A DNA stretch of 64,000 nucleotides, taken from Lingula anatina (taxonomy: Eukaryota > Animalia > Brachiopoda). The stretch spans positions 14,384,001 to 14,448,000 of the forward strand of contig CM120641.1 in the NCBI GenBank assembly GCA_051362555.1. The letters are read 5' to 3'. Under the pieces are notes generated by a model. The model was not told where the DNA came from, made no database searches, and saw only the letters and a program-made list of their open reading frames with translations. This document shows, piece after piece, positions 1 to 12,900 of this stretch (its first letter is position 1; each line of letters begins with the position of its first letter). The position numbers and the translations under genes are program-made.

Positions 1-852
1 ACCTTGTTAATGATGCTTGGGAATTAATTAGTGACTATGATTGACTGTGTACTACTGTAATTAGACAGACAACATTACTGAACTTGACTGACATACATAT
101 ACTAGTAAAAATCTGTTTTGATTATGTGACTATGATTTATGAATACCTTTATAAAATTGTTTTACAAATGATAGTTCTCACTTCTGCTCTGTTATCTGGA
201 AATGTTTTGGTTCCAAGAAATTATTCATATTACTGTTTTTATGTATCTCTTCCATATCACTAGTATATAAATACATGAATGAAGTAACTTGACAAACATA
301 ATATGTAGGTTGATTGATATTGATATTTTGACAAATTGCTGTTATTAATGGTAAATCGAAGTGAGAATTAATATGAATTTTTTTTAACCAATACGTAATG
401 AAATACAATGTATATTGCAACAAGCACTGAAATATAATATGGCCAAACTATAGGGATAATAAGTTGGGAATGAAAGGATTTTGTGGGGTTGCAGAAAGGC
501 TAACTATAATTATTGCATGAAGCTACTGGTATTGCATCTGTGGAGCATTCATATTGCTTTTATTGTTTTTAGTATCATAATATATACATGGTAAAAACCT
601 AAAAAAAAAAAAAAGAAAAAAAAAAGAAACAGCACATTCAGAACTACTGAACCAAAAGATTTCTTGGTAGACTGAAATTGCCATCATGGTTTTGCTATTA
701 TAGTTTTTATTGATACCCAATTCAAAATGGCAGCTCTTAAAATTGTTGCTGGTTGCTGAATACAATTTTCTTCCAGTCTTTGACAATTTTATCAGCCATG
801 ACCAGCAAAACCAATAGTTTCTTCATGTCTGATGAAATGTCTATTCTTCCAG

Positions 853-3800
853 TGATTTCTTAATGATGGTACTGAGGGATATGCTACCACACAGGAAGGA
901 TTTAAAGGTGATCTTGATGAGCGCCACTCTAAATGCAGATCTTTTCTCATCCTACTTCAGTCTATGTCCAGTTGTGCACATCCCAGGTGTGTTTTGTTTG
1001 AATAACTAATTGCCATTACTTATATTACTTAAATGCATATATGATAAATAATGTGTAAAAATGTTTATAAGTGCAGAAATAAGGTTTGTCAAAACCATTA
1101 CCTGTCTAAGTATTAGAAAAAAATTCATCTGTGAATTCATATGGATAATTGATTATTTCTGACTGTTTCAGGGAAAGCTTTTCCTGTTGACCAGTATTTC
1201 TTGGAAGATGCTATAGAAATGACTAAGTAAGATTCAAGTTAACAGACTCTGGGATGTATGAATAGAAGAAGAGTGCTTCAAAAAAGTTAATAACATTTAA
1301 AAATAAACAGGAAAATCTTAAGGTGAATTAAAAAATAAAAACTAATTTTTTTACTTAAAAGCAGCAATTTAAAATTACCCAATAGTCTTATTTTGTAATA
1401 TTTCCCTGTAAAGCTAACACTGTTTTGGTGCATGTTTTAGATTTGTGATGGATGAGACTTCACCCTATGCCAAACCCCGAGATGTGATGAGAAAACTGCA
1501 GACTGCTGAGAGGGAAGAATTCAGTAGACTCAAGGGACATGATGGTTTTTCCATGCAAGACCTGGAGGAGGCAGCCTTTGATGTGCCAGGAAATATGAAA
1601 GCTGCCAAGGATAGTGTTGATGATGCTAAATTAACTGTGAGACAGCTAATTTTGAGATATCCAGGTAGATATCCTGAATACATGTAAATATTTTGCCACA
1701 TATTTTTAATGTGTTCTTTCCTGTAGACATATTGTAGCCCTTAAATACATAATTGTAACATTTTGAAAAAGATGCACTGGTATGTTTTAAACCTAATTCT
1801 TGCATGTTTGATAAAAATGTATATAATTATATGAAAGCTCTTACCATGGGCTATTTTGAGGATTGAATTTGCACCTGATGGTTTATTATATGGTTTATTA
1901 TATTGCTTTCAGACTACAAAAAATCAACAATCAGGAGCTTGTCATTGATGGACTTTGAAACCATTAATTATGACCTAGTAGAGAATGTACTTGAATGGAT
2001 TGTTGAAGGAAAACATGAGGTTTGTGAATTGATTTACAGAACAAGGTCAATATTATTTGTAAGTTTATTTTATTAAGTGACTGAAATGTAGCAAATACTA
2101 CTATGATGATGACTGTCACAAGAAAACTTTGCACAGGTTTAGTCAAGCAGGTAAAAACATTTTTCCCATTGCTAAAGATAATTTCGCTTTCAGACAAAAA
2201 TGTCATTGCATATGTGTTTTCACAAATTTGTTACTGACTTGTCTAGTTCAGTAAAAACTTAACTTATCCCAGAGTTAATCTATTGCAGATAATATGGAAA
2301 AATTATGAAGTTATTATGTATGGATTTCTTGATTATCAGTCACAAATGATATTGGTAATAGGTATTAAAAGTTCCCTTGACTTTCTTCTACTTACTTCAA
2401 ATTTTGTTGTAGATATAACTATTTAAGCATTATATATGCCATTTATTTCAATAAAATTCCTTTTACAAAAGTTGCAGTCTCTGAGTCATAACCTATTAAT
2501 TTCCTTTGATATTTTCAGTACCCAAAAGATGGTGCGGTACTCATCTTTTTACCTGGCTATGCAGAAATCACCACATTGTATGAAAAACTGCAGGTCAGCT
2601 CAGTCTTCAGGAACAAAGGAAAGTAAGAATTCAAGAAAACACTGTCAGCTTTGTCACTCTCTATCTACCTGGTTAAGTGTGGATAACAATGAGTCTTGAC
2701 AGTTATCAATAAAAAATGCATCTTTCACAAAATAATTTCAGACCTCTTGACTTTCAAATCAGCAAGTAACCACTGTGATAATTATTAAATAATTTGATAT
2801 ATAACAGTTAGTCCTATCATAATAAAAGTATAAGGTGCTTTTTTATATGTGTATATACATGTATGTTTCAGGTATAAAGTGATTCCACTGCATTCAATAC
2901 TATCAAGTGAAGACCAGCAGGCTGTTTTTAAGTAAGTGTGCTTGATTACCTGAAAGGGAAGCCCCTATTTTTTTTTTTTTTTTTTTTTTTTTGTATTAAA
3001 ACAATATTTATTGGATATTTTGAATATTTTGAAATTGTTATCTTCAAGTCATCAGTGTAAAAAAGAATTATATAATATAATAGATTTCAAAGGATAATGC
3101 CAATACAATTAAACATGAGGTGTTTTTGTTGATTCTTCATTCCACAAAAATACAAACCTGATTTAGTTTGATGTTTATGATACCACTCAAAGGATAATTA
3201 AAACTGCAAAATAATGAAAACTACAAATCATTACATTTAAGTCGCCCTCCTGAAGGAATCACCAAGATTGTGATTGCCACCAACATAGCTGAGACCTCTA
3301 TCACTATAGATGATGTGGTGTATGTCATTGACTGTGGCAAGATGAAGGAGAAGAGGTGGGAATTTGTCTCAGAGCATAAAGAGCACACTTGTTCAAGACA
3401 CATGCAAATAAATGTCAGTTTGTATATAAATGTATGATTGCAAGAAGGGTGACACTTCCTTGCCACCACAGTTTTCATACAGTATACCCTGGCTAAGCTG
3501 TGAAGTTTCAGAGGGTTAAACTTTTTCTTAGAATACCATATAAAAGTGTCATAGGAAACCATAAATCACACATCCTGATACATGTATGATGATAAATCTA
3601 TCAAATGTTTGTAAAATGTGTCACTGTAGGTATGATCACACAAAGAGTATGGAAAGTTTGGACACAGTATGGGTCACTAGAGCCAATGCTGTACAAAGGA
3701 AAGGAAGAGCTGGTAGAGTGGCCTCTGGGGTTTGCTTTCATTTATTCACAGGGCATAGATATGAATACCAGCTGAGGGGACAGCCTATACCAGGTAGGTT

Positions 3801-6800
3801 ATTGGGTTTTTTCTCTAGGCTAATTGTAATTTAAAACTTTTTTTTTTGTATTTTCATGTTTTTAATGTTAAAAGTAGTTGTTAGTCCGATTCAGAATTTG
3901 ACACCAAAAACGTAGTTGTACATGTGTGTGAAGTTCTTCCTTTAGGTTTTTATTACCATGGAGTATCATCATCTGAAATTTGGCTACAACAAAATATCCC
4001 TAGAAGTATCCCTGCTGAGTTAGTCAAAATAATAAGAAAATAAGATCCGTTGTGGCACACGAGTGACTCCTGCTATTGGAAATGATCTAAGTCCAGGCCC
4101 TGCGTCTTTTTATTTATCTCCAGAAATCCAGAGAGTACCATTGGAGCAGCTGGTCTTGAAAGTCAAGATGCTGGAGTTGTTCAATGCATTGGATGTTAAG
4201 GTATACAATTATTTGGACAATTAAATTAGTTCTGGTTAGGAAGTAGAGAGATTGAGTATTAAAAGAAAATAAAGGTGGAAACAGTTACAGATTTCTTGAA
4301 ATCTCAAAATATATTGGCTCATGTTGGAGCATATAAATTATACTTTCTTTAAAAAATAATAGCACTAATAAATTGGCCCTTGGCTGAATCAGCGTGCAAT
4401 ATATTTGGCTCTGTTTCCAGGAGGTACTGTACAAGTTGATAGAACCCCCACAGGAGGACAGCATCAATAGCTCAGTCCACAGACTTCAAGATCTTGGTGC
4501 TCTGGATGTTGATGGGGTGAGGTCTAATGCATAGCACACTTTCCTTGATGTTTGATGAACATATTTAAATACATATTTTACCACTGTGAGTAACTTTGTG
4601 AATAAATATGTGTCAAACACTACCAGTAAACAATAAATATGTTCAGTTTTTCATCAGAAATGTCCTGGGGAAGGGGAATACTGCCAATTTTATTGAAAAA
4701 AAAGATTGCTGTTTCTAAACTTGCAAAACATAATGCTTATACCTACTGATGGTTTTTCAGAATCTGACGGCGTTAGGTTACCACTTGGCCCTGTTGCCAG
4801 TTGATGTGAGAATTGGCAAGCTGATGTTGTTTGGTGCCATATTTAGATGTCTGGATCCTGCCCTCACCATAGCTGCCACACTGTCCTTCAAGTCTCCCTT
4901 TGTAAGGGTCAAGCACACTGAGCAAAAATATAAACACCCCATGCAATACTTAAAAAAATTTATCAGCAAATCATTAAAAGTGAATTTTGTTGTTCAGTGT
5001 GCTGCAGATTACTGTACGTACTGTCAGTAGCTATAGATTACTGTCCATAGCCCATCATGTGTAACGTAAATAATTCACACATGGGTCATTCATATTTTTG
5101 ATCAGTGTATATGTCACATCATTTTGGTCAGATACATGTATCGTTTATTTTACTATGTACCACTTGCAGGAAAGAAAAGCATGTATATTTGTTCCCATTT
5201 AAACAGTAATATTCATTGATACTTCAATGTTTAAACCATAAATTGTTCACTTTAGCAGCAGTTTAAAATACTGGTACTGTTGATTTGAGGTAATTATGAT
5301 AAGTATTACATGAAAAAAGGAAGTCATTCCTGTACTGGCGCTACAATATTTTTGTCTGTAAATTGTGTATAACTGATGGAAAACTTGACTTGCATTAGGT
5401 AACTCCTTTTGGAAAGAAGCAAGAAGCAACAGAGAAGAAACTAGAGTTTGCTGTGGGTTGCAGTGATCACCTCACGATGCTGAAGGCATATAAGGTAAGA
5501 ATAAAGGTACAGATATGCGTGTCCTGCCATGCCAAAATTGGTATTTTTCCAGTGTGTATTTTACTGACAAGTGGAAAGTAAAATACTTCATTGAAGAATT
5601 ATTTTGTAAAGAAACACCAGAATAATTATTTGAAGTTTAAAACACATTTGAGAGATATGATGACTAAGAAGGTATGGCTATTTACTCAGTTGTGTATTTG
5701 ACAAGCATAACATTAAAAATATTCTTATGCTCCCCTTGTTTTTATTACCCCATAGTGGTTATTTCTAGATCAATTTCTATTATTTAAATATATTTTCAAA
5801 TAAGACTATGCTGAACAAATAATTGTTAATCGCCAGATGTTCTTTTTTGGCATGACATTAGGATTCATTACATCTTCTTGATTAAAAAACAAGTTGGTAT
5901 TGCAGTGCAAAGAATGATAGAGATTTTTTTTCTTCTCTAAATGACCTATATCTGTAATTTTCACAGAGTTGGCTCTCAGTTCAGCAGCGCACTTCAAGTT
6001 CAGCTTACATGTTTTGCCAAGACAATTATTTGTCAATAAAGACATTGCAGGTGAGACAACTTCTTAGTGTATAATTACCAGGCTGCTTTCATATTTTTAA
6101 GTCTTTCTGTTTTTATGAGTATTATTTCTATCTGCATTTTATGTGTACGTGTATTTCATTTTGTACAGAATTTGTTTTAAATTTTATATTTTCATCTGTA
6201 TTGAGGTTACGTATATTTGTTCAGTAAGTGGTGATGACCAAAACGAACAATTTGCACTAATGATACATATCCTATTCAGTATCTCCCTTTCAGTATGCAC
6301 ATTTAAAAATATTCCTTAATTTGTACACTGCAGTGGCAACTACAAAATGGGCTGCCTAGAAAAATTGACTTGTTTTGTTTCAGATGTTGTCTAGCATGAA
6401 ACAACAATTCACAGAGCTTCTGTCAGACATTGGCTTTGTACAAGGAGGTCTGACAGCCAGGCGCATTGAGAAAATGGCTTCAAGAGGCTCTGATGGGGTT
6501 CTTCAGGCAACTGGACCAGAGGTAAGGGAACCTTAATCCGACTGTAAGCAATTGGAATGGGTGGGGGTGATACTTATGTCGTAGTTTGGTTGGGCATAAT
6601 GTTCTGTGGGGCTATGAGGTAGGAGTGTACGAGAAGCACATTTTCCCCAAGAGTAATCAATAAAGAGAAGGGAGAAGGTGCATACTAGATACAATTGGTC
6701 AAACATATTATATCTAAGAGGAATAACATATTTAAGAAGGAAATATTAAAATATTGTGAACAGTCCTTTTATTTATGAATGTGCATTTTAGGCTAACTGC

Positions 6801-7898
6801 AACTCTGACAACTTGAAACTAGTGTCTGCAATATTGTGTGCAGCCTTATATCCAAATGTGGTGCAGATCAAAACTCCAGAGGCAAGATACAAAGAGAGTG
6901 CAGCAGGTAAGTGCGTTAGGTGAGACTGGGGATTTTTATTGTGTTAGATGAGACTGGGTAAGGAATATGACATTGTGTTAGATGGTGCTTTTAAGAATAC
7001 TGTATTAATGTTCTTTTCATAAACATTTCATAAAGACATTTATATTTAAATGATTGAAGATTCTTGACTTTGTTTATGAATGCTTATGGTATGCACAGAC
7101 CTTGTAATTGAAATTGAAAAATAAATATTTGTCTTTTGAAGGAAGTGTTCTGATGCCTCCAAAACCAGAAGAATTGAAGTTTAAAACTAAAGATGATGGT
7201 TATGTGAGTATTTTCTGTATCCCTATCATTTATGATTTAAACTGTGTTCATATTTACTTCTTAATGGTCATGTCAGGTATAGAATATACAATAAACTTGA
7301 GTTAGTGCATATGCAGATCTATGAATATTGAACTTGAGACTCGAGCAAAAATTGGTCTGATCAACATTTCTTTCAACTTTTAGATAAACATCCATCCATC
7401 CTCAGTGAATTTTCAAGTCAATTACTATGAGAGTCCATACCTTGTTTATCATGAAAAAGTCAAGACCTCCCGGGTAGGTGAATCTTCCAGTCTTTAAACT
7501 ATGGTACCCATACAATGCCTGTTGAACCAAAATGTAATAGATTTTTGGATGTTGAATTTGTTGAGTACTCGAGACTGAGGAGTTTCAAAGTTGTGACTGC
7601 TAAATTGTAGTGGTGCTAACAATCAACTAATAAACAACTTTATCATGACACATAACCTTCTACACACATAAATTATTTTAGAATAGAATACTTTAATTGA
7701 TATTTTCCTGTGTATGTCATTACTATTTTGATGTTGCAGGTGTACATACGAGACTGCACTATGGTGTCTGTGTATCCACTGTTGCTGTTTGGAGGTGGAT
7801 ACATCAACATAGACCTGGAGAAAGGAAACTTTATTATATCTCTGGATGATGGATGGATAAGATTTGTAGCTGCGTCTCATGAGGTAAAAGCCCAGGTG

Positions 7899-7932
<34 letters not shown>

Positions 7933-8490
7933 TTAAAGTAGGTGTTTTTACAAGTTGCACCCTAAGATGCCATCCTGTCTCCTTAGAAATGTGGTCAAGA
8001 TCATTGTACACTGTGGCTGTACATCGATGTCAGAGTTTCTGCTCAGCTATATTTGAAAAGAATAATAATTTTTTCATCATTAATATTAAGTGTCTCTGTG
8101 ATCTGGAGATAAAGTTGTTTTTTTATCCCTTTGGCTTGAACACGTGTAATCATAAATAACTGCCAATCCTCATTTTTAATTTTATGCTATATAAGTGTTT
8201 TTCACATCTCTATTTCTTTTGATATTTGACCATATTTCATTGTCTTGAGTCTTTTGTCCATTATTTGGTTTCTAGTTAGCTTTGGTCATAGCTGTTGTCT
8301 TAAAACTGTAATATATTGTATAAACAGTTTTCTTTTCTGTCACCAGGTGGCAGACTTAGTCAGGGAGTTGAGAATGGAGTTGGACCAGTTGTTGGAAGAC
8401 AAGATCAGGAACCCAAATATGGACCTCATTACCTGCCCAAGAGGGAGTAAGATCATCAATACAATAGTGCACTTGATTACAACTCAGTGA
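853..8490 (+). CDS. DHX57: ATP-dependent DExH-box RNA helicase DHX57, 3' part (upstream exons lie outside the window)
   Basis: GT-AG exons, approx: 853-986, 1172-1226, 1441-1664, 1913-2019, 2519-2622, 2872-2931, 3242-3355, 3630-3793, 4124-4200, 4421-4516, 4761-4901, 5399-5494, 5967-6050, 6384-6521, 6792-6906, 7142-7203, 7384-7473, 7740-7883, 8347-8490 (stop). Motifs: ILMSAT (III), IFLPG (IV), [15 protein letters not shown] (V), QRKGRAGRV (VI), HA2 [21 protein letters not shown]-fold IHPSSVN. The C-terminus [18 protein letters not shown] matches the DHX57 end. Confidence 0.93.
7899..7930. repeat. (AT)n microsatellite
   Basis: Uninterrupted AT run in the last DHX57 intron. Confidence 0.9.
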
Positions 8491-9383
8491 AATAGACATT
8501 TTTTTGACCCAATTTTAGCCATTTCTTCTACATTTTGATCATGCAGTGACTTTTTCCCCACAAAGCTGTAGAGACTGGACATGGCAGCCAAATGTTGTTC
8601 TTCCAGATGTTCTCAAGATCAAACTGGCAAATTCTAAAGCACAGTTATCAGCAAAATATAGTCATATGATCAGTGAAACAATGCATACATTTTGGAGAAT
8701 ACTGCTGTGCAACACTTGTAGCTAAATTAATCTATGAAAATCTATGCAAATGATGAACTTTTTATGTAGCAAGTGCAATATGATATCACATATATTATTT
8801 TTAATCAACAAAATATTTATATTGTTATTATCTGTATTCCATGGTCTCCTACAGTAAGTTATGTAACAAGCATACGTATGTGATGAAAACAGTAAGGTCT
8901 AGAATTACGGTAATGACTTGATATTTTCAGACCTGGGCAGTGGGCAAAATTACCAAGCTTTCAAAAACATAATTTCTATATTACTATATAGCATTTATGG
9001 TGCTTTTACTGGATAGAGTAGAACTATAGAGTAGCCTGCTTTTTAGTTTTACTGCTACCACTCAATTGGAATGTTCTAACTTAAGAAATTATGACTTAGA
9101 AATACAGTGTCTGTAAAATTCTTAATTTTCCCCATTGAAAAGACTGAGAAATAAGTGTAGTCTTTACTTTAAATTTCTAGTAAGAGATCTCTAGTCATAC
9201 AACTATAAGCACAATTTTTGCTTAGTTAATTTATGCTAAATAAAAAAAGTCATTCAAATTGAAGAAAATCATGTTCATGTTTTTTACAGCTAACAAAATG
9301 AATTCCAGTTGCCCATTTGCGGTCATAAAGATATCTTATAAATTTCTTCATCTTTTAGATTTAATACAAAGCATCAAATAATA

Positions 9384-9671
9384 CATCGGTGGAATGGCGC
9401 TGTGTTGTCTTCTGGGGTCTAGCTAGCAATGAAATGGATTAAATCTCGTCTCTGAAGTTTAATTGCTAGGCCCCTGCAGGGCTGGCGGGTTGTAGGCAGG
9501 GAGACCATTATGGGACTAGGTGGCCTTGCTTTCAAGTGGGTCGCCATATTTGATCTGGGGATCAGTTAGTCCGCGGATCAAACTGTTCTGAATGCGGCCT
9601 ATGAAGCTACTAAGAGCTTTCCCTTGCCCTAGATAGGATACTAGTTGAGTGCATATCAACACCCAGGGCAT
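9384..9671. other. Unidentified GC-richer, highly self-complementary segment between the converging DHX57 and lectin-sushi 3' ends (structured RNA or dispersed repeat)
   Basis: Nested complementary pairs: 9423-9430/9462-9469, 9495-9503/9618-9628, 9528-9534/9602-9607, 9538-9544/9594-9600, 9549-9555/9576-9582, 9625-9630/9665-9670, 9644-9648/9656-9660. Confidence 0.45.
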
Positions 9672-9999
9672 TCAATTATCAGTGCCTTATAAAATGTGAC
9701 ATATTTGTTTCATTTTTCTAATGTTATGTATTCTTATCTCATTATACCTTAATAAGGGTTTGTCTTTTGACCAAAAAAGTAGCTCCCCCATCCACATTGA
9801 TACATATTAGTATAAAAATGTTTAAGACCATCTATATAAAGAGTATAAATACAAAGATAAACACAGATGACGTTATTTGCATTACATTTTAGGAATGCCA
9901 ATTAAGGCTCAAATTAAATGGCATAATTATGTACAGCAGCAGTATTTGGTGCACTGACTGATAAATCAGTCAGATACAGCTTTCCATCCAAATATAGCA

Positions 10000-12900
10000 C
10001 TATACTGAGTAGTTGTACTTCTTTTGTGTAGCTCTTTGCATGTTTCTGAACCCCTTTTTTATGTGACTGATCAGTGTTGGTGCGTCCAGGAGAACAATTC
10101 CACCAGGGATGACCACCAGTAATGTTAGGGCTAACGTCCCAATACCCACAGCACCAGGAGCTTCAAGGGGCTGTGCTGCATGCTTGGATCTTCTTTTCAT
10201 CAAAGTTATGGGTACTGGTGAGAAATAAAATATCATTTATGTGAAGAATTTTAATTTAATTTACTTAAGTTTGCTTTTCAAACTAGTTTAACAAGAATGA
10301 GAACTTTGATCTTAAAAAAGTTGAATATTACTCGGGGTATTTACCTCTTCAAATTGGCACTGGAATTGATAGTAATTATTAGTTTTATTATTTTGTATAT
10401 GTATGCCTCAATTCCAGCCCTGTGTGGAAATAAATTCTTTGTTTTCACTACTGAACCAAAACTTTTGCCAAGCTCATTAGTGTCTCAATTACAAATTAGC
10501 AACACAACATTGTACATGTAACTTTTCTGTAATGCGGTTTTAGAGAAGTGTCTCCTCAACTGTTGTGAAATTGGGAAAGATAGATGAGTATATTTCTGCA
10601 AACATGTTGTAATATAGTTTATCTACCTTCCAAGCAGGCAGTAGGAAGTATTTTGGTCCAGTGTCCAGTTGGTCTACAAGTTGTAGTCCTTGACAGTGAA
10701 CCATCAGGAAAAGTGGTGTTATCAAGACAAGATGCTTTGACAACTGTTCCTGGTGCTGTCTTAGTGGTGTTTACAACAGCATTGCTGGGGATGCCAAAGG
10801 GAGGACAGGGGAGTGGAACTGAAAATATTACATAGATTGGTAAGTGGTAGGTATGAAATCTTGGTCTCAGTATAACAGATATTGGCTATTTGGACAGCAA
10901 AATAAATATCTTTGCCCATCATAATATTTATATATGTGCATGCAGGTTTTTAAAAATAAAGAGCACTTAAATGTAAATAGTACTTCAATACTTGGTTCAT
11001 CTTCTTTGCTTGCTTGTTTTGTTTTGTTTCTTGTACATGTACGTTGTACTTTTATAGTAGCAGTACAGTAAAGTGGTAAACTTTGGTACCAGGCATTTCC
11101 CTCTTAAATAGTAAAATAACATGCCCCACACACCCATGTGGTTAAAAGCCAACCTACCCCAGTCACAGTGTCCAAGTCCACTGACATTCCATTTTCCGGA
11201 ATCCGATCCACATTCTATAACAACACTAGTTCTGTTATTAGGAAAAGCATACCCATTCCAGCATGTGTACTGTATCTCTGTTCCTCCTGGTATATGCGTG
11301 AAACCAAATTGCTCAGTCACATTACTAACTGTTGAATCAGCATGTTCAATAGTGAGAAGGTCTTTACTTGAGCATGTGCGCTTACACTGTATTGCATTGT
11401 GAACACTCCAAGTTCCGTTTTGCAGACACTCAATGGCAAAAGTGCCAGGCCCATCAGGGTCAGGCAAAGCATAGCTTTTGTTGCAGGAATAGATTACTTC
11501 ATCACCAATGCTGCACAGTGCTCTGGTTGATTCATTAATAAACGTGTTTGGAAAGTAAGGCGGGTCTTCACATACGCAAGCAGAAAAATTATGTACAATA
11601 GTATCATTTGTCATATTGTGGGGCATAATAGTAGTGGCTGAAAAAGCTGTGGTTGTATTAGTTGCATTGTTTGAGGAATTATACATTTGTGTTGATGGTC
11701 CAAGCTTGCCAGTAAAAGCTGGAGTCCCAATAGTTAAATCAGAAGTAGATGTGTACCCTGTAGTAAATCCATTCTCATCAGTTGTTGGATATGGAGTAGA
11801 TGTAAAATTTGAAAGTCTTGTCAATGCAGCACTTTGTGTGGAAGGATCATAAGCAAGAGCTGATGACAGTACTTTTGTAGTTGTTACATTGGTCAGTTCA
11901 CTGGTCAGACTTACAGTTGATGTGTACGTTTGTGATGATTGTGAGAATTTTGTTTCTGGTGTTCCATGTTCTTTGGTATTGAGAATGTCAATACATGTTG
12001 TTAGGTTTGCGTCCAATGTTGCATTCCACTCCCCATTCTCAGTACACTGAAAGGCATAATGATCTGTGAGATTTTCAAATTGGTATCCATTTTGACAGCG
12101 TATCACCACAACTGAATTTGGAAGGAATCGATTATCAGTTGTTGAAAACATCACAGATTTTACTTGGTCAATCATTGTATTTGCTGGTAGTGATACCATA
12201 TCACATGTGACTGCCCTATCACAGGCATCAGGCAGATTTGTTGTATTCCACCATCCTCCAAATTGGCAAACAAGGTTTTTACTCCGGGAACCATCACTGA
12301 AAGCTGACCCATCCAAACATTTGTATGTGACAGTTTTTCCAGGTGGAAATTCGTCTTCATCTGCTGTGAGAAATGCCAAACCTACTGAAGGAGGAGGTTT
12401 GCAGTGGATTTCTGCAACAAACAATATGAAGGAATAATAATAATGCCCTTTATTCATGCAATGCAGACAAATTCAAATCATGTTGTTGTTGACATTGGGC
12501 TTCGACATGATAAATGTATAAATTTGCATGTCATCTCGTGATTTTTCTCAATATATCAAGAATTGTCAACCAAGAAATGACTTTTTCCCTTTTTTACTTT
12601 ATGAAACCATTTGTATGTACAAAAGTAAACATCTTTGCTCAGTTTCTCAATTATTATACATTAAGTTGAAACAATAAGCTGTAAAGTGTATATAGAGAAT
12701 GGATCCCCTTGTGGGAGAAAAGCAATGCATGGTAGTTACAGTGCAGGGAAGTGTTGATGCAGGGACGTAGAAAAAGATGTAACTGAGATGAGGGTATCTC
12801 TAAAAGTTTTTTTTTTACAAAATTAATCCTACCTGTACAATTTGGCATGGTTTGTGAAGTCCAACTACCATCTTCCATGCAATGATAATACCAGAACATT

